A DNA stretch of 64,000 nt, taken from an uncultured Acidobacteriota bacterium (GTDB lineage Bacteria; Acidobacteriota; Thermoanaerobaculia; UBA5066; Gp7-AA6). The stretch covers positions 32,401 to 96,400 of the forward strand of contig CAVXYF010000002.1 of the NCBI GenBank assembly GCA_963765835.1. Direction: 5' to 3'. Below are positions 47,649 through 58,668 of the stretch, piece by piece (the stretch's first letter is position 1; every line of letters begins with the position of its first letter). The notes beneath the pieces are model-generated. The model saw nothing but the letters and a program-made list of their open reading frames with translations. It searched no databases and was not told the origin of the DNA. Made by a program: the position numbers and the translations under genes.

Positions 47649-48339
47649 TGCTCTCGCGTGCCGCGTCGAATCTCTCCTTGTGGCTCTCGATCCGCGCGAC
47701 CGCCTGATCGATCGACGTCGCGAGGGAGACCAGGTCCAGGTCGTCCGCGTTCATCAGGCTGCGGGAGACCATCTCCTGCCGCATCCAGTCGAGCAAACCG
47801 CGCCACATATCGCCGACGAGCACCACCGGCCGCTCCGTCAGGAATCCGACCTGCAGAAGCTGCCACACCATGAAGAGCTCCAGGCTCGTCCCGATCCCCC
47901 CGGGAAAGATGATGAAAGCCTGCGACATCCGAACGAAGTGGTGCAGCCGCGAGAAGAACGTCCGATGCGCGGTGACCGTATCGAGGTAGGGGTTCGCCTT
48001 CTCGTACGGGATCGAGATGGTCAGCCCGAAGGATCGAGTCTTGCGCGTGCCGCGGGAGGACGCCGCTCCCTCGTTGGCGGCCTCCATCAGGCCCGGTCCG
48101 CCTCCCGTGACGATGTCGCACCCGAGCTCGGTCAGCCGCGATGCGAGGTCCCGCACCTCCAGGTACTCGCGGTCTCCCGGCCGGATGCGGGCGCTTCCGA
48201 AGACGGCGACCCGGTAGAAGCGCAGCTCGGCCGGGTTCAGCTCCTCGAGCTCTTCGATCGTGTCCCACAGGCGCACGATCGTGCGGTCGATGATTTTTCC
48301 GACGTCCGGTTCGCGCCGGACTTTTCTGTTGGGCGGCAT
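47578..48339 (-). CDS. LOG-family protein (TIGR00730 Rossmann-fold nucleotide-binding / cytokinin-riboside-5'-phosphate phosphoribohydrolase-like)
   Basis: VFGSARI...GGGPGLMEA...PGGIGTSLEL motifs. Confidence 0.75.
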   Translation of the reverse strand: MPPNRKVRREPDVGKIIDRTIVRLWDTIEELEELNPAELRFYRVAVFGSARIRPGDREYLEVRDLASRLTELGCDIVTGGGPGLMEAANEGAASSRGTRKTRSFGLTISIPYEKANPYLDTVTAHRTFFSRLHHFVRMSQAFIIFPGGIGTSLELFMVWQLLQVGFLTERPVVLVGDMWRGLLDWMRQEMVSRSLMNADDLDLVSLATSIDQAVARIESHKERFDAARESIILERRRAARAEDAAPSVEPVAG

Positions 48340-48445
48340 AACCTCCCGACCTCTCTCGCCGGCCCGGGCGGACGGGCTCGCGCGTCAGATGCGGCGGAAA
48401 AAGTCCTCCGGTTCGCTCCGCCGGGAGGACGAACGTCCTTCCGGG

Positions 48446-49894
48446 TCAGTCGGAGGTCCGGAGGGTCACGCTGAAGGCTCTCGAGAGAAGCCCATCTTTC
48501 GTGACCGCCCAGACGGTGTAACGGTAGAACGTCCCGGGGCTGGCCGCCGGATCCAGATAGGCGTAGGCAAAGGACTCCTCCGCCCGATCCGAGGAGGGCA
48601 GGATTTCGGGACCGGTCCTGGCGATCCGACCGTCGCTCAGGACCTCTTCCCGGAAGATTGCCCATCCCGCAAGTCCCTCGTGGGACGTCGTGTTCCACAG
48701 GACCCGCGTCCCGTTGGCGCCGGCGGCTGCGTGCGCGATCAGACCCGCGTACGGGAAGGCCGCCGCCTGCTCGAAGCCCACGGGAGCCCGGACCGCCGCG
48801 CCCGGGAACCCACCCGCGACGATCCAGTCGAGGCGGGCGACTCCGCCGAGCGGCACGTTGCGCACGTCCCCGCGGGAGAAGTAGAGAACGTCCGGCGGGA
48901 GATCGGCTTCCCGGTAGCGCACGACGACCGCACCCGACCCGCCGTCCTCGGGCCAGGAGACCCGGAGAGCCGCGGCGCCTTCCGCCGGGAGAAACGTCCG
49001 ATGCCGCAGAGCGAAACCGGCCGGAGCCGCCGCGTCGAGGGCTCCGGACTCGAGGTCCAGCAGGCTCACGCGGGAGGGCGCGGCTTCGACTTCGAGGGTG
49101 GAGTAGAGCCGGGCACCGAACCGCAGGAGCGGGGCGCCTTCGGACTCCCCGGTGCGCTCGGCGTACATTCCGAGGAGAACCGGCAGGATCTCCTCGCCCG
49201 ACTCGGAGGCCCTCTCCCACGCCGACCGGAGGAAGCCCGGACCTGCGGCGCGAGTCAGCTCCTCGAGGTAGAGGCGTCCGAGGGTCGCCGGGTTCTTCTC
49301 GAGCTGGAGCTCGGACGCCGCCGCGACGATCCGCGCGGGCTCGGGGTCCTGGTCGGTTTCGGAGCTGGAAATCAGGACGGCCGCGGCCTCCGTGACGAAG
49401 CTGGCATCCGCGACGCCATACCGACCCAGGGTTGCCAGGGCGACCTGCCGCGCAACCTCCCGGACGATTTCCTGCGGCGTCAGGCCGCGCGCGTCGAGGA
49501 GAACCGCGGTTCCCACGAGCTTGCCGCCCTCCACGGACCGGGAGCTGACCCGGCGAACGCCGTCGGCTCCCTTTCGGGCCACGAAAACGCGGACCGCCTC
49601 GCCGTCGGCGAACGGCAAGTGCCATCCCTGCCGGACGTAGAGGTCGTTGAACAGCCGGCGCATCTCGGCGGCGAGCAGCGTTCGCAGGCTCGAGTCGTCG
49701 GCCTCGTCGAGGAGGACCACCTGGCCGGGCAAGAGCACCTGGGGAGGACCGAAGTTCCGGTAGGGGCTCTCCACCCAGCCGTCGGCCGAGATGGGAGAGA
49801 GAGTCTGGGCTCCCGTCGCGAAGGCGACGAGGGCCAGCAAGACCCAGCAAATCAGTGATTTGCGCACGAGCCCTTCCCGGTCTGCCGATGCCAT
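48446..49894 (-). CDS. Secreted hypothetical protein
   Basis: Signal peptide LICWVLLALVAFATGAQT; no confident domain assignment. Confidence 0.5.
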   Translation of the reverse strand: MASADREGLVRKSLICWVLLALVAFATGAQTLSPISADGWVESPYRNFGPPQVLLPGQVVLLDEADDSSLRTLLAAEMRRLFNDLYVRQGWHLPFADGEAVRVFVARKGADGVRRVSSRSVEGGKLVGTAVLLDARGLTPQEIVREVARQVALATLGRYGVADASFVTEAAAVLISSSETDQDPEPARIVAAASELQLEKNPATLGRLYLEELTRAAGPGFLRSAWERASESGEEILPVLLGMYAERTGESEGAPLLRFGARLYSTLEVEAAPSRVSLLDLESGALDAAAPAGFALRHRTFLPAEGAAALRVSWPEDGGSGAVVVRYREADLPPDVLYFSRGDVRNVPLGGVARLDWIVAGGFPGAAVRAPVGFEQAAAFPYAGLIAHAAAGANGTRVLWNTTSHEGLAGWAIFREEVLSDGRIARTGPEILPSSDRAEESFAYAYLDPAASPGTFYRYTVWAVTKDGLLSRAFSVTLRTSD

Positions 49895-49985
49895 GGACTT
49901 TTTAGAATAGTCGCCGGGCCCTGGCCCGTCAATCGTTTTACGTCCGGGAGGCCCCGAACGTTGGCCGTTCTCGCCCTCCGAAACG

Positions 49986-50801
49986 CTACTTGCTGGCGGC
50001 GGCCGCCTTCGTCTTGGGACCCGCGGTCGTCGGGACGCGCACCACGACCACGGTGATGTTGTCCACCCCCCCGCGCTCGTTGGCGATGTCGATCAGCTTG
50101 CGGCACAGTCCCTGCGGCTCGGGCTCGCCGTCGACGCTGTCGTGGATGTCCTCGTCGGAAAGCATCGTGGTCAGCCCGTCCGAGCAGAAGATGAATTCGT
50201 CACCCGGTTGGAACGTGAGCTCCTGGAGGTCGGGCGACACGGAGGGGCCGCCGCCGAGCGCGCGCGTGACCACGTTTTTCAGCGGATGGGTCTTCGCCTC
50301 CTCCTCGGTGAGGATGCCGGCGGTGACCTGTTCGTGTACCCAGGAGTGGTCGTCGGTCAGCCGCGTCAGTCTTTTGTCGCGATACAGGTACGCCCGGCTG
50401 TCGCCCACGTGGGCGAGCGAGAGCGTCTTCTCGTTCAGGAGCCCGGCGACGACCGTGGTACCCATGCCTTTCAGCCAGGGCTGCGCCGCGACGGCCGCCA
50501 TGACCCGTTCGTTCGCCTTCTCGATCGCGATCGCGAGCCGGTTGCTGTTGAACTGAAGCTTGTGGTCGTAGCGGAAGGGCCACGTGGCCTCTTCCTTCTG
50601 CCGGGTCGCGGCGATGAACTCGCCAATGGTCTCCACCGTGATTTTCGCAGCGACCTCGCCGGCGGCGTGGCCGCCCATGCCGTCCGCGACAATGAAGAGC
50701 CCCTCGTTCACGTCGAGAGCGTAGGCGTCCTCGTTGTGCTTGCGCTTACGACCCACGTCGGTCAGGCCGAAGGCGTCGATGGTCAGGGCGACTCCCGCCA
50801 T
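49986..50801 (-). CDS. PP2C-family Ser/Thr protein phosphatase
   Basis: VGRKRKHNEDA...VADGMGGH...DGLT motifs. Confidence 0.85.
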   Translation of the reverse strand: MAGVALTIDAFGLTDVGRKRKHNEDAYALDVNEGLFIVADGMGGHAAGEVAAKITVETIGEFIAATRQKEEATWPFRYDHKLQFNSNRLAIAIEKANERVMAAVAAQPWLKGMGTTVVAGLLNEKTLSLAHVGDSRAYLYRDKRLTRLTDDHSWVHEQVTAGILTEEEAKTHPLKNVVTRALGGGPSVSPDLQELTFQPGDEFIFCSDGLTTMLSDEDIHDSVDGEPEPQGLCRKLIDIANERGGVDNITVVVVRVPTTAGPKTKAAAASK

Positions 50802-50818
50802 GCGCTAGACGCCTCTCC

Positions 50819-51442
50819 TCACGCCTTGACCGCCCGCTCGGCTCGAATCTCCTCGACCGCCTTTCGGGCGTCGGCTTCGGCGGGATTCCATCGGAGCGCT
50901 TCCTGGAAGGACTTCTCCGCTTTCGAGAGAAGACCGGCCTGCCGGAAGATCTTTCCCGCGTCCTTGAGGAGAGTCACGTTGTGCGGATCGAGCGTGACCG
51001 CGGTCTCCAGAGCCTTCACCGCGGTGTGCAGGTCCCCGGCCCGGGCCGCCGAAACTCCGAGGTGGTGCTGCGCGCGGGCATCCCGGGGTTCCATCTGCGC
51101 CGCCAGGGCGAAATTGCCGGCGGCCTCCGCGTATGCACCCGCCCGGAAAGCGGCGTTGCCCTGTTCCATGTAGTCCTGGACGACCGGGTCCGAGGCAGCG
51201 CCGGACGACGACGCCGCGATCACCTGGTCCCGGTCGTACGCCTGTCGGCGGTCCGGGTTGCAAAGGACGTTCACGGCCGCGGTCAACTCCTGAAACCGCA
51301 TTTCCGCTTCGGCCTTCTGCGCGCGCGGTGCCCGGTCGGGATGGGCCTCCCGCGCGAGGACGCGAAAGCGCTCGCGGATCTCAGTCTCACTCGCTTCACG
51401 GTCCACGCCGAGCAGCGTGTAGTAATCGACTTTTTGAAACAT
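50819..51442 (-). CDS. J-domain (DnaJ-like) protein with C-terminal TPR repeats
   Basis: YYTLLGV...HPDR (J domain, with the HPD tripeptide), then TPR-like AAFRAGAYAEAAGNFALAAQMEP... The start is taken at the internal MFQK. Confidence 0.7.
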   Translation of the reverse strand: MFQKVDYYTLLGVDREASETEIRERFRVLAREAHPDRAPRAQKAEAEMRFQELTAAVNVLCNPDRRQAYDRDQVIAASSSGAASDPVVQDYMEQGNAAFRAGAYAEAAGNFALAAQMEPRDARAQHHLGVSAARAGDLHTAVKALETAVTLDPHNVTLLKDAGKIFRQAGLLSKAEKSFQEALRWNPAEADARKAVEEIRAERAVKA

Positions 51443-51544
51443 GTCTTCCGAAGTATTCGGAGTTCGAGGGCTCTCGACATTAACATAAGGGAAACGGGTT
51501 GCTCGGGGCAAGCGAGGCGATTGTGGCGGCGGTCACTTTCGCCG

Positions 51545-52645
51545 CTACCGGCGCCGGTGGAGGAGAAGCTTTCGAGCGGAAGCCCGAATGACGGGCGCCA
51601 GGTTGCGGTCGCGATAAACCCCGCGGAGGTCCCTCGTCGCGAGCCTCTTCAACAGCGGCAGCGTGATGTCGAGCGGAACCCGGGGGTTTTTCACCAGCGC
51701 GACGACGACCGCGGGTTTCCGCATCCACTCCCGGCTCATGGAGATCCGGCGGAAGATCTCCTGGTCCACGTTCCGCATCGCCGCGAAGCTCTCGACCTCG
51801 TTGATCGACAGGGAACGGGACTTCAGGACCGCGTAACCGATGAGCTTGTTTGCATCACCGATGAGGATCTTCCGCTCTTCCTTGCTCCCCGTGTAGGCGA
51901 GGGCGATCTTCTCGCTGATGGTCATGAGACCAATTCGGCGGTAGATCGCGCCGAGGAAGATGGAGTTGTCGTCGGTCCTGTCCGCGGCGGTTTCTTCCGG
52001 AGCGTCCTCCGAAGGCTCCCCGTCCGCTTCGAGGTCGAGGTCCAGGTCGTCGCCGCCGCTCTCGAGATCGAGCTCCTCCTCGGCTGCGCTCGCGGCCGCA
52101 GCCTCCTCGGCCTCCCGCGCCTCCGACTCGCGTCGCCGCGACTGCTTCTCGAAGAACTCCTCGGTCAGCTCGGAGAGAAGACGCCGGCCGTCGTCCGTGA
52201 GATCCGGGTTCTCGAGCAAGGCCTGGACGAGGTCGGGTCGCGCCAGCAGCCGGGACTGGTTCGCGATCAGAGCCTCCTGAGGCCGGCCACCCGCGGTGCG
52301 AGCGAGGAAGAGAAGCGTTTCGTCTCCGGTGATCCGTGACCGCACCACTTCTTCGAGGACGAACGGGTCATCGCTCTCGTGGGCGACCACGTCGATCTCG
52401 CCCTCGAGTGGCGAGCCCGAACGAAGGAAAGCCGCCAGGCGGTCCGGGGATGTCGCCCGGAGCGTCGAGCGGGCCAGGCCGGAGGTCTCCGGGTCCGGAT
52501 CCGACACGACGGCCAGCAGCGCGCGCAGGGTGGAGTCGGGGTCGAGCGGCAGAAGCCCCCGGGCCGCAAAGAGCCGGATTTCCGGGGCTGCGGAGCCATT
52601 GCGCAGCAGGGAGACGAGGTCTTCGGGGGCGGCCGTGTTCTCCAC
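51545..52645 (-). CDS. Hypothetical protein with an acidic low-complexity centre and a helical-repeat C-terminus
   Basis: 366-aa ORF with codon usage consistent with its neighbours and no recognised catalytic motif. Confidence 0.45.
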   Translation of the reverse strand: MENTAAPEDLVSLLRNGSAAPEIRLFAARGLLPLDPDSTLRALLAVVSDPDPETSGLARSTLRATSPDRLAAFLRSGSPLEGEIDVVAHESDDPFVLEEVVRSRITGDETLLFLARTAGGRPQEALIANQSRLLARPDLVQALLENPDLTDDGRRLLSELTEEFFEKQSRRRESEAREAEEAAAASAAEEELDLESGGDDLDLDLEADGEPSEDAPEETAADRTDDNSIFLGAIYRRIGLMTISEKIALAYTGSKEERKILIGDANKLIGYAVLKSRSLSINEVESFAAMRNVDQEIFRRISMSREWMRKPAVVVALVKNPRVPLDITLPLLKRLATRDLRGVYRDRNLAPVIRASARKLLLHRRR

Positions 52646-52701
52646 GTCAGCCCGGATTATTCACAATCCGGCGTCGAAGCGGGCGAGACCGGTCGGACGA
52701 C

Positions 52702-53529
52702 TTAACCGCGGGATGGGGAATCGGGGAGGACCACGTTCCGCACGACCTCGCCCGGTCGGCCGAGTGGCGCCAGGGGTCGGCCGTCGATCGAAACCCGGAC
52801 GCCTCCGGCGTTTCCGAGCGTGATGCTGAACGTTTTCCGAGCCTCGAATTTTCGGCTGACGCCGGCTGAGATCGTTCCGCCGAAAACCCTCTCGCCGTCC
52901 GCCCGGATTTCGATCCACGACGGCTCGTCGAACTGAAGGACGAGCGCGACGCCGGTGTCGACTCCCGGCAGCAGCATCGGCGCGTCTTCGCGGATGAGCG
53001 GAGTCGGTTCGTTCGACGGCGCCACGTTCTTGAACGAGACCGGTTCGATCCGAGCTTCCGACGAGGTGCTCGCAACCCTCGGCCGATGTTCCGGGCTCGC
53101 GATCAATCCGAGCAGAAGGAGAACCGCGGTCACTCCGCCGAGAATCGTCCCCGCCGTGGAACGTCGCCCGCGGAGGAACCGCGAGCCGCCTCCCGGTTTT
53201 GCGACGGAGGGGAAGGAAGGCGCTGAGGGCTGCGCCTCGGCCAGGTAGACGTTGATTTTCTCGACGGGATCGAGTCCGAGGTGCAGGCAGTACGCGCGGA
53301 TGAAACCCCGTATGAAGACCGGCGCCGGCAGCTTTGCGCGATTGCCCTCCTCGAGCGCCGTGAGGAGTCGCATCGAGATTTTCGTAGCCGCGGAGATTTC
53401 CTCCAGAGATATCTCCCGCACGATTCGCTCGCGCCGAAGCTCATCTCCGAAGCCTGGACCTGACGCTCGAGGATGTTGCATCCGTCGAAGAAGCCTGTCT
53501 CTCTTTTTCCGGGAGCGGTTTTGGTTCAA
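52702..53529 (-). CDS. rodZ: RodZ-like cytoskeleton protein (XRE-type HTH, a transmembrane segment, and a DUF4115 C-terminus)
   Basis: LGDELRRERIVREISLEEISAATKISMRLLTALEEGN (HTH), a transmembrane helix ILGGVTAVLLLLGLI, and a C-terminal WIEIRADGERVFGG...SITLGNAGGVRVSIDG. The start may be the internal Met at 53481. Confidence 0.65.
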   Translation of the reverse strand: MNQNRSRKKRDRLLRRMQHPRASGPGFGDELRRERIVREISLEEISAATKISMRLLTALEEGNRAKLPAPVFIRGFIRAYCLHLGLDPVEKINVYLAEAQPSAPSFPSVAKPGGGSRFLRGRRSTAGTILGGVTAVLLLLGLIASPEHRPRVASTSSEARIEPVSFKNVAPSNEPTPLIREDAPMLLPGVDTGVALVLQFDEPSWIEIRADGERVFGGTISAGVSRKFEARKTFSITLGNAGGVRVSIDGRPLAPLGRPGEVVRNVVLPDSPSRG

Positions 53530-53535
53530 CCAATG

Positions 53536-54207
53536 CTATTCCGGCCGCCTGCGTTGCGCAAGAACTGTTTGCGCCGCGGCGCGGATGGCGGCCGCATTCT
53601 CCCGCCTTTCGGAGATCCGGGCAAGTTCGACTTCAGTCGAATCCGCAAGGAGGGTTTCCGCGACCTCACCGGGGAGGCCGGGGTTCGCGAGCAGGGCGTC
53701 CCGGACTCCCCTTCGGCGCTTCCAGCGCGGGTGGCGGGCCACCGTAGCCAGCGACTCCGGCGCGGACCGGGCGGAGGCTGCCACGGCCACGACGTCCGCC
53801 TCGATGGCCAACCGGTTGTCCAGGAGCGCCGCCAGGACCCGCGGGTCGGGGTCCTGCCGGACGGCGGGCAGCGTCCCCCGGCCGACCGATCTCGCGAGGT
53901 CCACCCGCTCAGCGAGGGTCATCTCGGGTAGCCGGCGCTGCAGCTGGAGGTCCGCGGCCCGCCGGACCTCGGGATGAACGAGCGCATTCGTCGAGAGAAA
54001 CGCGAGGCCCCGCCAGAAGAGCGTCTCGACCAGCGAGATCGCGTCGGCCCGGGGGGTGTTGCGATGAGCTGCGATCGCCAGCCGGACCGAGTGGAACCGG
54101 CGCGCCTCGCGGTCGCCCAGGATCCGCGCGACCTCGGACGCCGGCAGGTCCGGGCGCCTCAGAAGTCTCAGGTGCTCCGACTCAGCGCCCATGCGCCGCC
54201 CGCGCAC
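53536..54207 (-). CDS. Hypothetical helical-repeat protein
   Basis: 223-aa ORF with Ala/Arg-rich repeats and no assignable family. Confidence 0.4.
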   Translation of the reverse strand: MRGRRMGAESEHLRLLRRPDLPASEVARILGDREARRFHSVRLAIAAHRNTPRADAISLVETLFWRGLAFLSTNALVHPEVRRAADLQLQRRLPEMTLAERVDLARSVGRGTLPAVRQDPDPRVLAALLDNRLAIEADVVAVAASARSAPESLATVARHPRWKRRRGVRDALLANPGLPGEVAETLLADSTEVELARISERRENAAAIRAAAQTVLAQRRRPE

Positions 54208-55057
54208 TTCCCCGCTTCGCCGACCCTTCGGTCCGACCGCACGCGCGAATGAGCTCTCCGGCGAAGCGGCTCACCGCGGCGGCTGCATCGTCCCCGGCCT
54301 TCTCCGCGACGGCTACCAGGGCCGACCCGACGACGACTCCGTCAGCCAGACTGGCGGCGAGCCGCGCCGCGGCCGGGGTGGCGATTCCGAAACCGACTGC
54401 GATCGGGAGCGGCGTCCGGGAGTTTCCGCCGCGCGACCGGCGCGCCGCCTGCCTCGCTCGCGCCACCGTCGCGGGCAAATCGGCCGGCAGGGAGTCGCGG
54501 GTACCCGTCGTGCCGGTCCGGGTGACCACGTAAAGGAATCCGCTCGAGAGCTGCGCGGCGCGCGCCATTCGCGCCGGAGGCGACGTGGGCGAAACGAGGA
54601 ACACCGTCTGCAGCCCCGCGTCGCGGAACAAGGGCGCTACGGCTGCTCCCTCCTCGGGGGGAAGGTCGGTGACGAGCACCGCGTCGAACCCCGCGCGGGC
54701 GGCCTCTTCCGCTGATTTCTTCAGACCGGGCCGGAGAAGCGGGTTCAGGTAGGAAAAGAGGACGAGCGCGAGCGACGTCTCGCGTCGGATCGTCCGGGCC
54801 ACACGCCAGACGTCCGCGAGCGTCATCCCCGCGCGGAGCGCCCGCTCCGCGGAGCGTTGGAGCACGGGGCCGTCCGCGATGGGATCCGAGAACGGAACGC
54901 CGAGCTCCAGGATGTCGGCGCCGGCGCGGCCGAGCGCGATGGCCAGCTCGATCGTGGTGTCCGCCGACGGATCGCCCGACGTCAGGAAAGGGATGAACGC
55001 CGCCCGCCGGTCCCCTCGCGCGCGGTCGAAGGCCGCCGCGAGCCGGTCCGGGGTCAA
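54182..55057 (-). CDS. trpA: Tryptophan synthase alpha chain
   Basis: [12 protein letters not shown]...[14 protein letters not shown] motifs. A TTG start at 55057 overlaps the trpB stop. Confidence 0.85.
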   Translation of the reverse strand: MTPDRLAAAFDRARGDRRAAFIPFLTSGDPSADTTIELAIALGRAGADILELGVPFSDPIADGPVLQRSAERALRAGMTLADVWRVARTIRRETSLALVLFSYLNPLLRPGLKKSAEEAARAGFDAVLVTDLPPEEGAAVAPLFRDAGLQTVFLVSPTSPPARMARAAQLSSGFLYVVTRTGTTGTRDSLPADLPATVARARQAARRSRGGNSRTPLPIAVGFGIATPAAARLAASLADGVVVGSALVAVAEKAGDDAAAAVSRFAGELIRACGRTEGSAKRGSARAAHGR

Positions 55058-56238
55058 TCCGCTCCGGACGCGGACTCGACGATTTCCAGGTCCTTGTCGC
55101 CGCGCCCCGACAGATTGACGAGAATCCAGGACCTCTTCGACAGGCTTCCGGCCAGCCGCACCGCGAACGCCACCGCGTGAGCGCTCTCGAGCGCCGGGAG
55201 AATCCCCTCGCATCTCGCGAGGAGCCGGAAGGCACGGAGCGCCTCGCGGTCGCTGACCTTCACATACTCGACGCGCCCGAGCGACTCGAGGTGGGCGTGC
55301 TCGGGCCCGACCGCGGGATAGTCGAGTCCCGCCGAAATCGAGTGCGTCGGGAGAACCTGTCCATGCTCGTCCTGGAGGAGAAGAGTGCGCGTGCCGTGGA
55401 GCACTCCGGCCGAGCCCCCCGCGAAGCGCGCGGCGTGGTCTCCCGGTCGGTTACTGCGACCGCCCGCCTCCACGCCGTAGAGCCGGACGCGGCTCGAGAG
55501 GTAGGCCGAAAAGAGTCCGATGGCGTTGGAGCCCCCGCCGACGCACGCGACCGCGGCGTCCGGATCCCGTCCCGCGAGCTTCCGGAATTGAGCGCGCGCC
55601 TCCCGGCCGATCACCGCCTGGAACTCGCGGACGATCGTGGGATAGGGGTGCGGCCCGAGCGCCGACCCCAGAACGTAGTGCGTCGTGCCGACGTTCTCGA
55701 TCCAGTCCCGCATCGCCTCGTTGATCGCATCCTTGAGCGTCCTCGAGCCGGAGTCCACCCCCACGACCTCGGATCCGAGCAGGCGGATGCGGGAAACGTT
55801 CGGGGCCTGGCGCGCCATGTCCACCGTGCCCATGTAGACGCGGCAGGGAATCCCGAGGCGCGCCGCGGCCGCGGCGGTGGCCACCCCGTGCTGACCCGCG
55901 CCGGTCTCCGCGATCACCCGCCGCTTCCCCATCCGCTTCGCGAGCAGGACCTGACCGAGGCAGTTGTTCAGCTTGTGCGCCCCGGTGTGGAGCAGGTCCT
56001 CGCGCTTCAACACGATCTTCGCGCCGCCCGCCGTTTCCGATAGCCGCGGCGCCTCCGACAGAGCGGTCGGCCGGCCGCCGTAGTTCTTCAGGAGATCCTG
56101 CAGCTCCCGACGAAACCCGGGATTCCGGTGCCAGCGCCGGAAGGCCCGCTCCAGCTCCTCGAGCGGCGCCATGAGCGTCTCCGGCGCGAAGCGTCCGCCA
56201 TAGTTACCGAAGTATCCGACTCTCTTCCGCGCGCTCAT
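55054..56238 (-). CDS. trpB: Tryptophan synthase beta chain
   Basis: The PLP-lysine motif [17 protein letters not shown], and the expected overall length. Confidence 0.9.
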   Translation of the reverse strand: MSARKRVGYFGNYGGRFAPETLMAPLEELERAFRRWHRNPGFRRELQDLLKNYGGRPTALSEAPRLSETAGGAKIVLKREDLLHTGAHKLNNCLGQVLLAKRMGKRRVIAETGAGQHGVATAAAAARLGIPCRVYMGTVDMARQAPNVSRIRLLGSEVVGVDSGSRTLKDAINEAMRDWIENVGTTHYVLGSALGPHPYPTIVREFQAVIGREARAQFRKLAGRDPDAAVACVGGGSNAIGLFSAYLSSRVRLYGVEAGGRSNRPGDHAARFAGGSAGVLHGTRTLLLQDEHGQVLPTHSISAGLDYPAVGPEHAHLESLGRVEYVKVSDREALRAFRLLARCEGILPALESAHAVAFAVRLAGSLSKRSWILVNLSGRGDKDLEIVESASGAD

Positions 56239-56869
56239 CGGGAGGATTCCGCGGCGTCCGCCTTCCGCACGGCCTCGAAGAACCGCCGCATGCGGTTACC
56301 ATCCTTCACGCCGGGCGAGCTCTCCACGCCCGAGGCCACGTCGACCGCGTTCGGGCGCGTCCGGCGGATCGACTCCTCCACGTTTTCGGGACGCAGCCCG
56401 CCCGAAACGAAAAGGGGGACGGGCCACGTCCGACCCTCGACGAGATACCAGTCGAAGGGGACTCCGGAGCCGCCGGCCACGCCCGCGACGTCGCTGTCGA
56501 ACAGGATTCCCGCGCAGCGGTCCAGAAGGGCTCCGGGAGGGATTTCTTCCTCCCGGCCGGCGTGCGCGACGGCGAGCACGGGACGCGGAATCCGCACCAG
56601 GTCCTCGGCGCGGAGCGTCCGGTGAAGCTGCACGACGTCGAGGCTGGCCGACGAGATCGCCTCCTCGATCTCGTCGTAGCTCTCGTCGACGAACACCCCG
56701 ACGCGCCGGACCGATCCGGAGACCGCCGCGGCGAGGTCGCGCGCCCGATCCGGAGTGACCCGGCGCGGGGAAGTCGTGGAGAAGTTGAAGCCGACCCACG
56801 CCGCTCCGAGGCTGCAGGCCGCCTCGACGTCCGCCTCGCGCGTGAGGCCGCAGATCTTGACGTCGGTCA
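56235..56869 (-). CDS. trpF: Phosphoribosylanthranilate isomerase
   Basis: VKICGLT...VQLHR motifs. The GTG start overlaps the trpC stop in a GTGA junction. Confidence 0.8.
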
Positions 56870-57649
56870 CCGGGAAAGCTCCCGCAGTGCCTCTTCGGGG
56901 TCGTCGGACCGCAGAAGGCTCTCGCCCACGAGGAACGCTTCCCAGCCCGCGGTCGACAGCGCCTGGACGTCGTCTCGCGAGGCGATGCCGCTCTCCGCGA
57001 GCTTCACGGGTCCGGCGGGGATCGTTGCCGCGAGCGGAGCCAGCGCGGCCGTGTCGGTTTCGAAGGTGGCGAGGTCGCGCGCGTTCACGCCGAGGACGTC
57101 CGGTTTCACGGCGGCGGCGCGGGGGATCTCGTCCGCCGCGTGAGCTTCGACCACGGCCGCCAGGCCCCGCTCCGCCGCGCCGCGCCGCAGGTCGGCGAGC
57201 TCGCCGTCGGAGAGAGCGCGCACGATCAGAAGGATCGCGTCGGCCCCGAGAGAGAGGGCGAAGTCGAGCTGGCGCTCCGAGATGACGAAGTCCTTCATCA
57301 GGACGGGCAGGCCCGAAATCCGCTTGGCCCGCGTCACCCACTCCGGCGTGCCCCCGAAGTGGTCCTGCTCCGCGACGACCGAAAGTGCCGCGGCGTGTCC
57401 CCGGCGATACGCGAGCGCGAACGTCTCCAGCCGCCCGTCCGCGCCGGAGACGATCTCCCCCGCCGACGGCGAGCGCGCCTTGAACTCCGCCACGATCCGG
57501 ATGCCGGGCTCCCGGAGCGACGCGACGAAACGGGCGCCGTCGCTCTGCCGTGCCGCCGGCCCCAGCGAGGAGTACTCCCCCCGGGCGAGGCGCAGCCGCT
57601 TGTCCGCCAGGATCCGCTCGAGGACGCCGACACTGCCCGCCGCGCTCAC
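56867..57649 (-). CDS. trpC: Indole-3-glycerol-phosphate synthase
   Basis: IVAEFKARSPS...LMKDFV...VNARDL motifs. Confidence 0.9.
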   Translation of the reverse strand: MSAAGSVGVLERILADKRLRLARGEYSSLGPAARQSDGARFVASLREPGIRIVAEFKARSPSAGEIVSGADGRLETFALAYRRGHAAALSVVAEQDHFGGTPEWVTRAKRISGLPVLMKDFVISERQLDFALSLGADAILLIVRALSDGELADLRRGAAERGLAAVVEAHAADEIPRAAAVKPDVLGVNARDLATFETDTAALAPLAATIPAGPVKLAESGIASRDDVQALSTAGWEAFLVGESLLRSDDPEEALRELSR

Positions 57650-58668
57650 GACAAAGCCGCGGCGGCACGCATTCTCTCGAAGGCGTCGAGCGCTCGTCCC
57701 GCGTCCAGGGCGACGCGCGCCTGCTCGTAGCCTTCCGGGAGTCCCCGCGCGACGTCCGCCATGACGAGACCGAGCGCGGCGTTCAGGAGGACCGCCTCCC
57801 GGCGGGGCCCGGCCTCCCCCTCCAGGAGCCGGCCCAACATCGCGGCGTTCGAAGGCGCGTCGCCGCCGGAGAGGGCAGCCATCTCGACCGGTTCCTGAGG
57901 GAGCTCGGCGGGATCGTAGCTCCAGGGGCGGGTCCAGCCGTCGCGGACCTCGATCCCCGTGGCCGGCACTCCCGGGATGAGCTCGTCCATCCCGTTGGCG
58001 GAGTGAAAGACGACCGCGCGCTCCGAGCCCAGAGTGGCGAGAGCCTCCGCGAGAAGGGCCACGAGCTCGGGCCGGCCGACGCCGATCATCTGCCGGGTCG
58101 CGCCGGCTGGGTTCGCGAGCGGCCCCAGCGCGTTGAAGATCGTCCGCACTCCCAGCTCCCGGCGCACCGTGCCGAGCTCCTTCATGGCAGGGTGGAAAGC
58201 GGGAGCGAAGAGAAACACGAGCCCCACGTCGTCCAGCAGCCGGCCCGCGCGGTCCGGATCGAGGTCGATTGCCACACCCGCTGCCGCGAGCACGTCCGCC
58301 GACCCGACCCGGGAGGAGATGGACCGGTTGCCGTGCTTCGCGACGCAGGCCCCCGCGCCGGCGGCCACGATCGCCGTGGCGGTCGAGAGGTTGAAAAGAT
58401 CGCGGCCGATTCCGCCGGGTCCGCAGGTGTCGAGCACCGGCGCGCGGGAGGTCGCGACGCGCCGCATCCGGGACCGCAGCGCGGCGACCGCGCCGACGAT
58501 CTCGTCGGAGGTCTCGCCGCGCGTCGCGATGCCGATCAAGATCGCGCCCTTCTGCGCCTCGGTGGCCTTGCCGTCCATGAGATCGCCGAACACGGACTGT
58601 GCGAGATCGCGCGGCAGCGCACGGCGCGACGCCACCACTTTCAGGGCCTCGGCGACGTGGGGCGTCAT
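57646..58668 (-). CDS. trpD: Anthranilate phosphoribosyltransferase
   Basis: TCGPGG...HGNRSISS...DELG motifs. ATG at 58668, with ATGA overlap with trpG. Confidence 0.85.
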   Translation of the reverse strand: MTPHVAEALKVVASRRALPRDLAQSVFGDLMDGKATEAQKGAILIGIATRGETSDEIVGAVAALRSRMRRVATSRAPVLDTCGPGGIGRDLFNLSTATAIVAAGAGACVAKHGNRSISSRVGSADVLAAAGVAIDLDPDRAGRLLDDVGLVFLFAPAFHPAMKELGTVRRELGVRTIFNALGPLANPAGATRQMIGVGRPELVALLAEALATLGSERAVVFHSANGMDELIPGVPATGIEVRDGWTRPWSYDPAELPQEPVEMAALSGGDAPSNAAMLGRLLEGEAGPRREAVLLNAALGLVMADVARGLPEGYEQARVALDAGRALDAFERMRAAAALS